The notes: a model not told the origin generated them from the letters alone. DNA of 64,000 bases from Carpediemonas membranifera BICM (GCA_019828565.1 JAHDYR010000053.1:222214-286213); one strand, 5' to 3'. Numbered from the stretch's first letter, positions 1 through 11,184 are shown. A program made the numbers and translations.

Positions 1-1
1 C

Positions 2-472
2 GTCTGGGGTCGTATCACTCCCGAGGACGTCGAGCTCGTCTTCGCGACGGCCGAGGAGCAGGGTGTGGCTGGACTAGCTGCCCTCGACGCCCCAGGAGAC
101 GTCGCTACGGCCGTTGGCATCGTGCCTGGCTGGTCCTCCATTTGTGACGCGATTGAGGATTCATTCCCCAACTGGGTCCAGAACGAATCAGATATTTCCG
201 CCGAATCTCTCACGAATCTTTTCCGGAAGAACATCCACTACAAGGAGTGCGCCGTGGGCGTTCTCCAAGACATGGACACCGAGTTCACCCAGTACCAGCA
301 GGAGCTATGGGACGGCTACAACAAGTTCACCGAGTCCATTGAGGGCGAGGAAGGTGCCATGGAGCGCATGGAGGCTGAGAAGGAGCGGCTCAGTGCCGTA
401 ATCGACTCGAGATTTGAGGAGATGAAGGCTAGCTTGCAGGATAAGGTCACCGAGAAGTGTGGTGAGCTGTGA
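2..472 (+). CDS. 3' part of a hypothetical acidic coiled-coil protein (runs off the window start)
   Basis: Frame is open from base 2 to TGA at 470-472; coding-like codon usage; no recognisable domain. Confidence 0.55.
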   Translation, partial: VWGRITPEDVELVFATAEEQGVAGLAALDAPGDVATAVGIVPGWSSICDAIEDSFPNWVQNESDISAESLTNLFRKNIHYKECAVGVLQDMDTEFTQYQQELWDGYNKFTESIEGEEGAMERMEAEKERLSAVIDSRFEEMKASLQDKVTEKCGEL

Positions 473-590
473 GGTAAATGTGCTTGTTACTGTGTGATGG
501 AGGCGTGCTGGAGTTGTGTGTTGGCCAACTCTTGAAGTCTACAATGAAGTCTTGAGAGATTGGGGATGACTTGTCAGGGCGATGAGCTGA

Positions 591-1658
591 ATGAAAGTGA
601 TGATAGACGAGATGGACGGAGATGGTATTGATAGAAAAGAAGGTCTTAAGGCAGCATACCGGTTATCCATTGCTGCAACCTCCTCTATCCCTGGGAACAT
701 CCCATCGCTTCTCTTACAAGCATACGCCAGACAGTTTCGCGAAGAAATGTCTCCAATCGTCGGCATAGAAACCAATTTCGCTTCATTAAGCGTGAATTCA
801 CTGGAAACCGTGCTCTCAAAGATCCCGCCCCTCATTGGTAACTCGCAACTCCTCCTCGACCGCGCCCGTTCCATCCTCACAGACGGCGCTCCACTGAGCA
901 TGAACATCGAGCTCGCGGATGGCGATGACCTCCCGGTCGCCCTGCACACCCTGCTCCAGGGAACACTGTGGGCCTGCCTGATGGGTGCGGGAGCTAACCC
1001 CGATCTCGAGGACAGGCTATCCATCTCCAGAGAGCACTGCATGGCCGAGAGCAAGGTCCTATGGTTCCTCTGTCGCAAGTTCTTCTTCAGTTGGTCTGTT
1101 GCCGAGAAGGACAGCGAGTATGTCTGCGGTGAACGCTTCAACGACACTTACCGCATGTACATGGGCCGACTCTTCATGGCATTTACTTGCCCATGTAACG
1201 GATTCATCAGACTCCTAATGCCCAGAGCGCTCGAGGTCTACAGCGATGGAAGTACGTACATCGCAAGGACGCCCAAAGGCCTGTGGGGCTGGGGGCTGAA
1301 CGACTGCTTTCAGCTAGGCTTTACGTCGGGCAGGCGTCCTTTAACTAACCCGACCCGTCTCACCTTCCCAACCTGCCCCAAGCTTACCGAGTACGAGACC
1401 AGCCTGCCCCCCTGGCGCAAGGAAGCTCTCGTACTCAAGCTGCTCATCCAGGCAAGCAGGACGCTTATTCTCACCCCAGTTGGCCCATTCATGACTGGCC
1501 CCATGTTCGGACACGCCCCAGTCGCTTTGGGCGATCCCCGTAAGTTCAACCGGCTCCCGGTGCCATCAGGGTTTGTCCCAGATCAGGTCATATGGAGACA
1601 GGAAACCATAGTTCTCTCGTCACAAAACAGACAGGTTATCGTTGGTGACAAGGGATGA
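591..1658 (+). CDS. RCC1/BLIP-II-like repeat family protein, apparently C-terminally truncated
   Basis: RCC1-like IARTPKGLWGWGLNDCFQLG motif; clear paralog of 27373-28869 (shared WACLMG.GANPDLEDR, LWFLCRKFFF, RMYMGRLFM); stops where the paralog continues. Confidence 0.65.
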   Translation: MKVMIDEMDGDGIDRKEGLKAAYRLSIAATSSIPGNIPSLLLQAYARQFREEMSPIVGIETNFASLSVNSLETVLSKIPPLIGNSQLLLDRARSILTDGAPLSMNIELADGDDLPVALHTLLQGTLWACLMGAGANPDLEDRLSISREHCMAESKVLWFLCRKFFFSWSVAEKDSEYVCGERFNDTYRMYMGRLFMAFTCPCNGFIRLLMPRALEVYSDGSTYIARTPKGLWGWGLNDCFQLGFTSGRRPLTNPTRLTFPTCPKLTEYETSLPPWRKEALVLKLLIQASRTLILTPVGPFMTGPMFGHAPVALGDPRKFNRLPVPSGFVPDQVIWRQETIVLSSQNRQVIVGDKG

Positions 1659-1720
1659 CAATGAGAGCGAAAGACGTTCGAGCTCACAACATGACAACAA
1701 TGATTGTGTCGTAAACGCCG

Positions 1721-3049
1721 CTAATCGTGCTTTTTATCTCCGATATCCAGACCACTAAGGGCCTGATAAAGCTCCGGCCGAGACTGCTGGATTATCTCCA
1801 TCGACAGTTCGACTTGGGCCTTCTGTAATCCGTCAGTAAACCTCTTGTTCGGCTTGAAATACTTCAGGTACCCGTTCCACTCGGTCGACCGGAGCCTGGC
1901 TTTCCTGCTGATCGCCTCCTTGACCCTACCCGCGAACTGCTGGGGCGACTCACCCGGCTCAATCGACATGGGCGGGAGGAAGTAGACATCGCCCACAATC
2001 GCCCAGCCGTGCCACAGCTTCAGGATGTACTTGGTGAACGACTCGCGCTTGGAGTTCCAGTACACGTTGGAGAACATAAAGTTGTACTTGATGGCGACCG
2101 GGCAGACATCGGCCCCGAGTTGGAAGGCCCCAACCTTAAACTGCACTGTAAACTTGTTGTTGACGCAGACGCCTTCAGGAAACACGAGCATGGGTGCCTT
2201 AGTGGTGTCAGCAATATGGTCCTTCATGACCTGGATCACCTGCTGCCTATCTTTTGCGACGAGTCGGTTGAACCATACGCAGTCGTACATCTTGAGCATC
2301 CTTTGGATCCATCTGAGCCACCCGCCCTGCTCCTGTCCTATGGTGGAGAACGGCTGAGCTCCAAGCAGGACGAGGAAGTCGATCAGGGAGGTGTGGTTGG
2401 CCACGTAAATCTGGTTGGGACGGCGGGATGGGATCATCCCGTGGTATACGATCACGGCGGACCAGGACGCCATGGTGCAGCGGGAGGCCCAGCAGAGCAG
2501 CGCTTGGAGGCGGGGGCGGGTGGTTGACTCCATGTTGAGTCGAAAAGTAAAGTGTGCGGCCCAGATGAGGGCGAAGAGCAGGATGAAGACGAGGCTGTAT
2601 ACCACTGCCCAGGCCAGGCGGAGTGGGAAGACGATGAATGTCCGGAAAGTGACGCCAATCAGATAACCGATCAAAAGCGACAGGTTCCAATTCCATGCGC
2701 GATTCTTGGGCGTCTTGAAGCACTCGGAGAACTGGTCCTGGATGACTGACTGGAACGCGGCAGTTGCGGCCTCCAGGACGCCGAAGCTGTCGAGGAGTGG
2801 ATGGACAGGCTCGCCTGGTGATGGCGGTGGAAGCGCGGTTTGGTCTCTAAGGTACCGAATCACCTTTGATTCCACTGTTCGTTCGATCGTTGCCTTCTTG
2901 TTGGCGTGCTTGCCCACGATGCCGGCGAAGAACTCGTTCTCGAAGCTATCATCCGGCATATAGTCCGTAGCACCCAACGGAGGTGAATTCACACCTCTAA
3001 ATATGCCCAGGCTCTTCACCCGTGGCATCTTTCCCTTGCTCCCGCCCAT
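1721..3049 (-). CDS. ER glycerol-3-phosphate acyltransferase (GPAT3/4/9 family)
   Basis: Acyltransferase motifs ANHTSLID, LVFPEGVCVNN, FKVGAF, PVAIKY; N-terminal TM segments; WNGYLKY C-terminus. Confidence 0.9.
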   Translation of the reverse strand: MGGSKGKMPRVKSLGIFRGVNSPPLGATDYMPDDSFENEFFAGIVGKHANKKATIERTVESKVIRYLRDQTALPPPSPGEPVHPLLDSFGVLEAATAAFQSVIQDQFSECFKTPKNRAWNWNLSLLIGYLIGVTFRTFIVFPLRLAWAVVYSLVFILLFALIWAAHFTFRLNMESTTRPRLQALLCWASRCTMASWSAVIVYHGMIPSRRPNQIYVANHTSLIDFLVLLGAQPFSTIGQEQGGWLRWIQRMLKMYDCVWFNRLVAKDRQQVIQVMKDHIADTTKAPMLVFPEGVCVNNKFTVQFKVGAFQLGADVCPVAIKYNFMFSNVYWNSKRESFTKYILKLWHGWAIVGDVYFLPPMSIEPGESPQQFAGRVKEAISRKARLRSTEWNGYLKYFKPNKRFTDGLQKAQVELSMEIIQQSRPELYQALSGLDIGDKKHD

Positions 3050-3164
3050 TTAGTATGATCCGTGCTTGACACTTGCCGGTGACTTCTCAACAGTACTTTG
3101 CGAACCCCACACCGACACAAGCAGACCAAGCCCGCATCAGCCCAGCTGAGCCAGCGCTGTCTCT

Positions 3165-4655
3165 TTACAGTTTATCCCAGTTGACACTGGTCATGCTGCT
3201 AAAGTACATGAGCGCATGGATGTTGCGAGGCTTCTTCCCAGCCTTGGGCTTGGTCTTGGCATTCCTGTGGGCAGCAAGAGGGGGCGCCAGCTCGGCCAGA
3301 GACGGTCCGCCTTCCCCGACCGCAGGGTCTGTCTCAGTATCGCAGTCTGCCTCGCCACCAACCTCGCTGTCCGCATCATCATCGCTCGTCTCCCCACCAT
3401 CATCAGTCGCATCATCGTGAGTAACCCCACCCCGCGGCGATAAATGCCGACTGGGAATCCTGCCCTCGACCTCGCCGTCCACGGCAACACCCGCCTCCTC
3501 TAGCTTCGTCCGGGCCTCCTGCTCCTTGTCCAAAAGCTCCTGCCGCGCACGTTCCTTAGCCTTCTTCTTGTCTCGTCTGTTCTGGAGACCAAGCTCTGGG
3601 TGTCTCGCGTCATAAAAGTCCGGATACGTGCTGCTGAGATCATCATTAATAAACGACCACTTCAAACTGCGGATAGGGGGTGTGGTCTTCGACGGATCCC
3701 CGATAATCACCCAGGTTGTCTTGTCGACAGGCGCCTCTCCTTCAAGCAGGCCTCGGTACGCATCTCTCGGATCCATGTGGGTCATATCGTATCCGATAGG
3801 AACGTTGTAGTGATTATTGAGATGATACACGACCGCCATCGTGTCAGAAGCCAGAGCTTTGCACAGACGGGAGTGTGCTTCTGTCGAGGAGATAGGGGTA
3901 CGTCCAGGGCCGTACTTCTTATACACAAAGCCGCATGATCCTTCAACCCCGCACTTTTGGCATAGAATGCCGTACCAGTTACGGAGTGTGGCGTTTCCAG
4001 TGAATGGTCCGAACCTAATCCCACTGAATGGGGGTGCGAACCCCAGGGCGAGCAGGGCCATCTCTTGTGTGAGGGGCGGCAGGCTGCCCTTGCCAATGCG
4101 ACTGTGGAGGAAGTTAAAGACGGACGTAAGGGAGGATATGCCGCAGGAGAATTTGTACTGGCCGCGGGAGAGGCAGGCCCAGCGCGGGTGCATCAGCACA
4201 CGGGTCCGGGATAGGCGCTCGAGGGTAATTTCGTCCGGATTGATCGAGACGGGGTCGGGCTGGTTGGCGAGAGTAGTAGCAGCCTCCTCGCCGTCCTCAG
4301 AGGAAGAAGCGGGCTTGGGGTTCATCAGAGCTTCCATGTCGGGGTGGAGGGCGCCTGAGGGTCCGAATATGGTGAGATCGTCGCGGTATGAGGGGCCGAG
4401 GTACTTCTTACGCTTCATTGGCTTGATCGGGGCGGCAATCTCGAACGCTGTTGGTTCATTCTCATTGATATTGTTAGAACCACAGCGTTTCGTCTCTTCT
4501 TCCCCGCTAGAAGGCGGCTTATCGGAGCAACAATCCGTGCTCGGAAGCGGAGCAACCTGCGGAATCTCTGCGACGATATTCGATACAGGGGTAGTATAAT
4601 GGATAACAGCCAGCTTTCCAGGCGTTTGAGTCGGGCTTTCGCTTGGAGTTGGCAT
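3165..4655 (-). CDS. BIVM: BIVM-like protein (basic immunoglobulin-like variable motif)
   Basis: QYKFSCGISSLTSVFNFL, IRFGPFTGNATL and HLNNHY motifs recalled from the BIVM family. Confidence 0.75.
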   Translation of the reverse strand: MPTPSESPTQTPGKLAVIHYTTPVSNIVAEIPQVAPLPSTDCCSDKPPSSGEEETKRCGSNNINENEPTAFEIAAPIKPMKRKKYLGPSYRDDLTIFGPSGALHPDMEALMNPKPASSSEDGEEAATTLANQPDPVSINPDEITLERLSRTRVLMHPRWACLSRGQYKFSCGISSLTSVFNFLHSRIGKGSLPPLTQEMALLALGFAPPFSGIRFGPFTGNATLRNWYGILCQKCGVEGSCGFVYKKYGPGRTPISSTEAHSRLCKALASDTMAVVYHLNNHYNVPIGYDMTHMDPRDAYRGLLEGEAPVDKTTWVIIGDPSKTTPPIRSLKWSFINDDLSSTYPDFYDARHPELGLQNRRDKKKAKERARQELLDKEQEARTKLEEAGVAVDGEVEGRIPSRHLSPRGGVTHDDATDDGGETSDDDADSEVGGEADCDTETDPAVGEGGPSLAELAPPLAAHRNAKTKPKAGKKPRNIHALMYFSSMTSVNWDKL

Positions 4656-4849
4656 TGTTGAGCAAATGAATCTATTCGAGATCGGCTAATCAGGCCGACC
4701 TGCGAGGCAGGGTCAGCTGTATCGTGCTGCTTAGCCCAGCTCGCCTGCCCTCACTCTATGTGCGCGTTGGAGGAAGATTTTCAAGGTTACGCAGTTTAAG
4801 ACAGCAAAAACGAAGTCTTCAAGCTCATCGTTCTGCTGCCCATCACCAC

Positions 4850-7800
4850 ATGCAGACCAATTATAACGAAACGAGGACAAATATCTCTTCGTCTGTCCGA
4901 CATTCGATCCCATCGCACAGCGCACACAACACAGAAGAGCAGTACACCCGCGCAGAAAGCGTAGGTGGCGACAGCAGCGTCGGTGGCTCTAGTATGCATA
5001 GCAAATCGGTTACATCTGCGGCCTCCTCCGCCGCCACGTCCACGGTTGGCGTTGGACGCACCGAGCAGTTCGAGCAGACGATGTTCCAACTAATCTACCT
5101 CGCCTCGGGCCCACAGGTCTTCTTCATGGTCCTGGCAGTCGTCCTGCTCTTCATTGACTTTGCCCAGATGGCCAGTTTCAGCCTCGACCCCTCTCTCTTC
5201 ACGCTGTCTATCTTCGGAGTCGATCTCAGCTTCATCCAGCGCACCCTCACCCTCGTCCGCGTCGGATCCTTGGCCGCATCGCTCGGGACGACAGCCCTGC
5301 TAGCGATGGGCACAACCACGCTGAGCTTTTTCGTCCTGTTCTTCCTTGTCTGCTACTTTTCCGCTCGAGCGATCCAACAGAACGCTGTGCCTAACATGCT
5401 CCTCGTACGCTTCATCAGGGTCACCCTCATCCTGTTCAACACTGCTGGGTTCATCCCCGTGTTCTCCGTGCTCACAGCGCTCACCCTACAATACGCAGGC
5501 AGTTTCAACTTCATCGACTTCACGTTGTTCTCCATATTCGGCCTTGCCTCAGTCAGCCTGACCCTGGTCGTCGGCTTCACCACCCTCACATCCTACCCGA
5601 TGACACTCACCTCGAGACACCCGCTCGCCCGCATGCACGCCCGGGTTGACATGGTCTACCTGATATCCAAGGCCATCACAGTGCTGCTGTTCCAGGTCGA
5701 CCTGCCCTCTAGGGTCATGACTGGGTGGATGCTAGGGTTCCTGCTGCTCTGCACGGTGCTATACACTGCATTTGTCCCCTTCTACAGCATGGTGACAAAC
5801 ACCGTCCGAGCCCTCTCGCTCTATGTGCTGGTGTGCTGCGCCTCTCTCGGCATTCACCTCCTTGCCGCCACTACTTTCTGTGCCCTTATCCCTGTGGTTG
5901 CGTTCCTCCCGCTGTTTGCATACCTCGTGACAGCAATTCCAGTTTCCAGATTCGTCGGAAGTTGGAAGGCGAATCTGCGCACTGTCACGCGGGATAAGCC
6001 GCTGTCGGCGAGCGACCAGATCTCTCTCCAGCCACGAAGACCTATTCTATTCCCGTTCCAGGCAGAGATCGCGCTCAGAAGCACTGTCAAGGCAATCTCA
6101 CGCTACGAAAAGCGGCTCATTGCCATTCAAAAGCGAGTACCCTCCTCCTTGGGCGAGGCGGAAGGCATGATGAACAACGACGGCACTCTCAACGTCCAAC
6201 TCCTACCCCACGAGTGGCGCGACGAACTAGACCAGCTTCGTGAAGCCATTCGACTCGAAATCGACTGTGGCATGCGTTTGTTCCAGGTTCTACTCTCCCG
6301 CTGGCCTGACTCCCCGTTCATACGCATGGCTTTCATCAACTACGTCGCCTGCTACCGGACCCAAACACTCACGTCCGTCATTACCAACAGCATGCCCCGC
6401 CTCGAGCTGACCAAGATGCTCGTCATTGACGTTCAGTACTTCATATTCATATGCCACCGGAACCCTAACTCGCTGCAGGGTGACTCCAGCGTCATGTCTC
6501 GACTGGAGATGCAGAGGAACCTGAGCTCTGTTCAGAAGAGTCAGAAGCTTCTTACGGATCAGATGCACATATTCTGGTCAATGGTGGGCCGCCAGAGGGG
6601 TGTGAAGCTGACACTCGGCAAGGTCAACACGTTTGTAGGGCTCGTGAGTCGGTTGGAGTCGACAATGTCGATGACCGAGAAGCTCTACTCCCGCGTCCTC
6701 AAGGAGCCCACGCCAAGACTCATACGACACTACGAGCAGTTCGTCACGCTGTTCTCGAGGCCAGAGATGGCAGCCGAGTATCTCAACGGTCTCGAGGGGG
6801 TCGCGGACGAGCTTGAGGTCGTGCACATGAACTCCAGAGGCGATATCGCCCAGAAGAAGAAGATCACGGTCCAGACGTTCGACTTCATACGCCACAAGAG
6901 CTCGAACCTGTCGCTTCACCTCAGGGCAGTGGTCTCGGTTGTCGCCATCGCCACGCTCTTTGTGATCTCGGTGCTCATCTGCATCATCACACTCCATCTC
7001 TGCCGCTACGTCGGATGGCAGATCGTGATTACCTCGGGCGTCGCCTTGGGTGCCAACATGATATCTGTAGGATTCTCTGAGATCCGTGAGGGATCCCCCA
7101 TGGCTCTCGCTGCCGCAGTCCAGTGTGCCGGCCCGATGTGGAAGGCCGTGTCGGACGGCATGGCCGAGTCACACATCAAGGCCGCGCTCAGCACGTATAG
7201 GCAATACACCCTGCCTCTGTTGGTTGCGGAGGACATGTCGGAGATCCAGGACGACCCATATCGTGTCATTAGTGATGTGAGCGTATCTGTTTTCGAGGAG
7301 GGGCGGGATCTTATTACTAAGACGATCCAACAACAGATTTACTCGATCCATTCGTATCTTGAATCTGAATATGTGACCGTAACGACCTTTTCCAACGGAG
7401 TGCCCAATGGGACCACGACCAAGAGTGTCGCGTCCTTCATCCCAACGGTCATATATACGGCAGAATCTATTGTAAGCTGTATTAAGAACGGCGGCACCAT
7501 CCATTCGTGCACCAGCGAGCTTGATGACAAGTTGCTTTCACAGGAATATAGCCTGGTGACGAGCGGTCTTAATGCGATGTTTGGTGTGGCCGACCGCGTT
7601 TTCGTGGTGTCCCAGCTCTTTTTACTCGTCCAGATCTGTGTTTACGTGATTATATTCACCCTCTTTGTATTATGTTTCCTATTTATATTCCTTGTCATGT
7701 ATATAATACCCGTGGCCCGCAGCATCTCCTTTAACGCCGCCCTCATCTCTCTCTTCGCGTCACTGCCACCCAAGATGGTCAACTCAATCGTCTGCGACTT

Positions 7801-9208
7801 CGACAGAAAGAAACGACGCGGGCGAAAGATGCAGCGGTCGCGCACCTCTTTCACCGAGACAAACGCCAGCCCCACCCATGGTAGGTCGAGAGAAAACTTC
7901 ACCGACACCAGTGTGGCAGGGCCCAGACAGCGGCTCGAGCCCGGCAGCCTCAAGGCACATAATCGGACACTCGGTCTCCCAGCCATCCTTAAACTGCCCA
8001 GTAAGCAGTCGGCCGCGACCACAAACACTGGGACCGGCACGCGAGACACTCAAGATTCGACCAAAGAGGGGGACACACTCAAGGGCTCTCACTTCCAATC
8101 GAGAGATAGTATCGGCCTGGATACAGATACGGTGACCGGCGAAACAGATTCACTCAGCTCTCACCACAGCATGCTGGACGAGTTTCCCGAGTCCGCACTG
8201 GCCATCGCCCTGGCTGCCACGGAGACAAGCGACCCGACCACTGGCTCAGCGCCTGACCTGCATGACGCGACTCTCTCAAACCTCTCACTCGCCATGGGGC
8301 GCCGTTCGGTCCAAATCCTGTACGCCATTCGCCAGACGCCCATTCTCTGCACGTGGCTCCTGTTATTCGTTCTCATCTTCGTCTCGATGAACCTTTACGC
8401 GCTTTACGAGACGAGCGATGTGTCCCAGTCGGTCCAGACCATCTTCATCGAGTACCGCTATCTTCTGACCCTCGCCCACATCCACCAGTGGATCGCCGGG
8501 TCAGCCTGGGGAGCAGGGGCGCCGTTGACAACAGATGAAGCCGCCCTTGGTGTCTGGAACGACTTGGCTGATTTGTCAGAAATGGTCACATTCCTCTCCG
8601 GTCAGAGTCACGAGTTGAGTCTCATCGACTCAGCATGGACTGCCGCACCGGCCTTTACTCGGTCAGTTGGGGCCCGTCTCTTGGACACCATGGCCCAGGA
8701 CCACTGGAGAGAGGGGTTGTACGCTGATGAAATCGCCGTCGTGCTGCATTCCACCAGCTGCCTCAGACTCGTAGAGTCGCAGTGCAGTTTAAGCCGGAGA
8801 TATGACGCGTCGAAGGGTCTGATGCCTGTTCTCGAGGCATATTTGATGTATGCTGAGAACGCGGCTGCCGAGCTTGAGGCTGGCATGATTGGCGGGCCTG
8901 GCCAACTTTTCGTGAATGACACGCTGCCGCTCGACGTTCTCGGCGGGGCCTTCCAGATCCAAGGAATCATGCGCACGAGGTTCACCGAGCAGGTCACCAA
9001 CACGCAGACGAACACGCTGAGCTTCCTGGTGGCGTTTGCGGTGCTGCTCGGGCTGTTCTACTACATCTATCTGTTCCGCGCCATCCGGCGACTGTCGAAG
9101 GTGCGGACGCAGTTCAGCCTCATCTTCCACTCGCTGCGGCGCAAGGAGATCCCGGCCGGGTTGCTGGCGAAGTTCCTGCTGCTGTTCCCCGAGGAGGACC
9201 TGGAATAG
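4850..9208 (+). CDS. Large polytopic membrane protein, TmcB/TmcC (tiny macrocyst)-like; paralog of 33454-37571
   Basis: Many N-terminal TM helices, a helical middle and further TM pairs; shared HPL.R.H.RV, FP.Q.E.ALR, RWP.S and C-terminal FPE motifs with the paralog; first ATG at 4850. Confidence 0.7.
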   Translation: MQTNYNETRTNISSSVRHSIPSHSAHNTEEQYTRAESVGGDSSVGGSSMHSKSVTSAASSAATSTVGVGRTEQFEQTMFQLIYLASGPQVFFMVLAVVLLFIDFAQMASFSLDPSLFTLSIFGVDLSFIQRTLTLVRVGSLAASLGTTALLAMGTTTLSFFVLFFLVCYFSARAIQQNAVPNMLLVRFIRVTLILFNTAGFIPVFSVLTALTLQYAGSFNFIDFTLFSIFGLASVSLTLVVGFTTLTSYPMTLTSRHPLARMHARVDMVYLISKAITVLLFQVDLPSRVMTGWMLGFLLLCTVLYTAFVPFYSMVTNTVRALSLYVLVCCASLGIHLLAATTFCALIPVVAFLPLFAYLVTAIPVSRFVGSWKANLRTVTRDKPLSASDQISLQPRRPILFPFQAEIALRSTVKAISRYEKRLIAIQKRVPSSLGEAEGMMNNDGTLNVQLLPHEWRDELDQLREAIRLEIDCGMRLFQVLLSRWPDSPFIRMAFINYVACYRTQTLTSVITNSMPRLELTKMLVIDVQYFIFICHRNPNSLQGDSSVMSRLEMQRNLSSVQKSQKLLTDQMHIFWSMVGRQRGVKLTLGKVNTFVGLVSRLESTMSMTEKLYSRVLKEPTPRLIRHYEQFVTLFSRPEMAAEYLNGLEGVADELEVVHMNSRGDIAQKKKITVQTFDFIRHKSSNLSLHLRAVVSVVAIATLFVISVLICIITLHLCRYVGWQIVITSGVALGANMISVGFSEIREGSPMALAAAVQCAGPMWKAVSDGMAESHIKAALSTYRQYTLPLLVAEDMSEIQDDPYRVISDVSVSVFEEGRDLITKTIQQQIYSIHSYLESEYVTVTTFSNGVPNGTTTKSVASFIPTVIYTAESIVSCIKNGGTIHSCTSELDDKLLSQEYSLVTSGLNAMFGVADRVFVVSQLFLLVQICVYVIIFTLFVLCFLFIFLVMYIIPVARSISFNAALISLFASLPPKMVNSIVCDFDRKKRRGRKMQRSRTSFTETNASPTHGRSRENFTDTSVAGPRQRLEPGSLKAHNRTLGLPAILKLPSKQSAATTNTGTGTRDTQDSTKEGDTLKGSHFQSRDSIGLDTDTVTGETDSLSSHHSMLDEFPESALAIALAATETSDPTTGSAPDLHDATLSNLSLAMGRRSVQILYAIRQTPILCTWLLLFVLIFVSMNLYALYETSDVSQSVQTIFIEYRYLLTLAHIHQWIAGSAWGAGAPLTTDEAALGVWNDLADLSEMVTFLSGQSHELSLIDSAWTAAPAFTRSVGARLLDTMAQDHWREGLYADEIAVVLHSTSCLRLVESQCSLSRRYDASKGLMPVLEAYLMYAENAAAELEAGMIGGPGQLFVNDTLPLDVLGGAFQIQGIMRTRFTEQVTNTQTNTLSFLVAFAVLLGLFYYIYLFRAIRRLSKVRTQFSLIFHSLRRKEIPAGLLAKFLLLFPEEDLE

Positions 9209-10171
9209 CTGCGGCAACTGTCACGATATTGAATCTTGCCTTAAATCTGATTTTAGGATTCGCCTCATCTTCAACGGCATCTTCAACCAGCACAATTCAT
9301 CTTAGGATGGACAAACCCATTCTGCCGCTGTCGATGAGCCAAGATGCGTTCACGTGGCTTCCGCCGCTTCCGGTGACGCCCGTTGCGGAGCAGAACATCG
9401 ATTTCCACACCGATTCGTTCGCGCCCGATGCAAGCTTCGATTTGGACCAAATTTCGTGCTTCAGCATCGCCTCAACGTGCCATTCGCCGTTCATGCGCGA
9501 CAGCCCCTTCGCCCGGTCGCTTGATTCATTCGCGAAGTCACCGACATCGGTCCGCGCAGATTCGGAAGTTCACTCCTACTTGTCTGACGAGTTTGTGACG
9601 TCCAGCTTCCAGGGCGACGCGGTCTCCTTCATCTCGCCGAAGACGCACCGGACGGCCGCGCCCAAGCGGCTCAACGAGAACCAGCAGGCCAACCAGAGGA
9701 GCTCGAGGCGCAGCTCCCTTAAAATCACGCACCACTACTCGCCGCGCACGATGCCGCGGCGGACGAGCGGGGAGGCTGACGTGAGGGTGCGCCTTCACAT
9801 GGACTCTCCAGCGGCATGCCGCAGTGTCATTAGACTTGATTGATTTCTCTTTATTGCTGGTCGCGGTACGCGGCTCTGTAAAGCTTAGCATTGTGCGGGC
9901 GCTTGATGTTGGTTACTGAAGCTGTTCGGGACGCGTTCCTGTGAATATGCGGAGAACGCATGCAAATAGGAACACTATGGAACGACGTCCCGCATTATTG
10001 CATAATGGGAGAAGCTGATACACGCGGTGGGCCGAAGCACGCGTGTAACCGACTCTATGTTCATGCCTTTGTTGACTAGCTTTTTTTTCACCAAAAAGTT
10101 TCTGCCGATTTTTTTTCATGCACAATCGTGAGGCCGGGACACCGGAGCGGGCTCGTCCAATTGTCGGCTAG
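8698..10171. repeat. Inverted segmental duplication A, copy 1 (partner 19326-20800)
   Basis: Near-identical reverse complement of 19326-20800; differences seen at 8716, a 1-nt indel near 9251 and at 10162. Confidence 0.95.
9307..9843 (+). CDS. Hypothetical Ser-rich protein (178 aa)
   Basis: ATG-started ORF intact in both copies of duplication A; no domain recognised. Confidence 0.5.
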   Translation: MDKPILPLSMSQDAFTWLPPLPVTPVAEQNIDFHTDSFAPDASFDLDQISCFSIASTCHSPFMRDSPFARSLDSFAKSPTSVRADSEVHSYLSDEFVTSSFQGDAVSFISPKTHRTAAPKRLNENQQANQRSSRRSSLKITHHYSPRTMPRRTSGEADVRVRLHMDSPAACRSVIRLD

Positions 10172-10256
10172 AACACCACAAGCCTCATCGCATCGCATCG
10201 GCTTACATCGATCTCTTTCATTGATGGCCTGAAAAATTTAGTGTGACAGTCAACGC

Positions 10257-11033
10257 TCACCGCTTGAGATAAATCGGCTTCGTCTGGAGCCTCCCTCTGA
10301 CGCCCATCTCTCTCGTCCAAGCCATCCTCAGCTTCCCAAGCTCGGACGGCATCGTCGACGCGCTCTCCACTGGCTCCAGCTCAAACAAGAAGCGCTTCTT
10401 GTCATTAGGCAGGAGTATCCTGTCCACGTCAATGGAGTCTGGCTCCCTGGTGGTGGGGTGGTGATTCTTGAGCACACGATACTGTGGCCCGACGTCAATG
10501 GTCGGTGCCGAGAGGTAGATCGGAACACTGAGCTTTGAGTCGATTTGGACTTCGAGGAACGCATGCCCGTTTGCTACGTGAGACCTGGGCTTGACTTCGA
10601 GCGGGTTGGCGGACTGGACCTTGTAGGTGGAGGTCAACGTGTGGAGCCCCTCGGCGTTGCGGTACACAACGGTGGAAGTGAACGTGTGCTCTACGGGCTC
10701 GCCGATGTCCTTGTGGACGGCGTATTCAAGGCGCTGGCCAGGGGCGAGCTCGCGAATGGACTCGTTGAGCAGGCGCTGTCGGACAGAAGTTGTCATGAAG
10801 GCATCCAGCTCGATGTTGGTGAGAATCTCGGCAGACATGTTCACAAAGCAGATCGAAAAGCCAGCTTTCTCTCCCATATAGAGTGTATTTGGCCTGGGGG
10901 CAGGCTTTAAGACCATTTGTGTGTGCTGTGGGCACATATTGCCACCAACATTGAGCAAAAGGGAGCGAGTATCGATAGCGTCCACTGACATGGATGGAAT
11001 ATAGTTCACCTTGAGGACAGTTTGGCTGTCCAT
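10257..11033 (-). CDS. TRAPPC13: Trafficking protein particle complex subunit 13-like (short form)
   Basis: LYMGEK.GFSIC, NPLEVK and LGKLRMAWTREMGVRGRLQT motifs. Confidence 0.75.
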   Translation of the reverse strand: MDSQTVLKVNYIPSMSVDAIDTRSLLLNVGGNMCPQHTQMVLKPAPRPNTLYMGEKAGFSICFVNMSAEILTNIELDAFMTTSVRQRLLNESIRELAPGQRLEYAVHKDIGEPVEHTFTSTVVYRNAEGLHTLTSTYKVQSANPLEVKPRSHVANGHAFLEVQIDSKLSVPIYLSAPTIDVGPQYRVLKNHHPTTREPDSIDVDRILLPNDKKRFLFELEPVESASTMPSELGKLRMAWTREMGVRGRLQTKPIYLKR

Positions 11034-11154
11034 GATGTGCGGCGTCAGCGTGGTGCAGTCTAGAGCGCGGTTCAGAAAGCTCGCCAGGAGATGGATACAG
11101 CGAAGATGCCACCCGGGGGCAACTTATTCGACACATCTACTTGTATTATCCTTT

Positions 11155-11184
11155 TGAAGTATCATAGAGTGCACAGTGCAAGCA
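11155..11184 (+). repeat. 30-bp direct repeat at the 3' (ORF-downstream) end of Fanzor element 1
   Basis: Exact match to 13560-13589. Confidence 0.95.

Noticed and set aside
9900-10130. Possible structured ncRNA with short hairpins and T-runs in the duplicated intergenic region
   Set aside because: No recognisable tRNA, snRNA or snoRNA motifs, and the near-identical copies give no covariation evidence
10130-10171. Helitron 3' end (duplication A ends in CTAG after GC-rich short palindromes)
   Set aside because: No following T, no 5' TC terminus and only weak hairpins; compatible with chance
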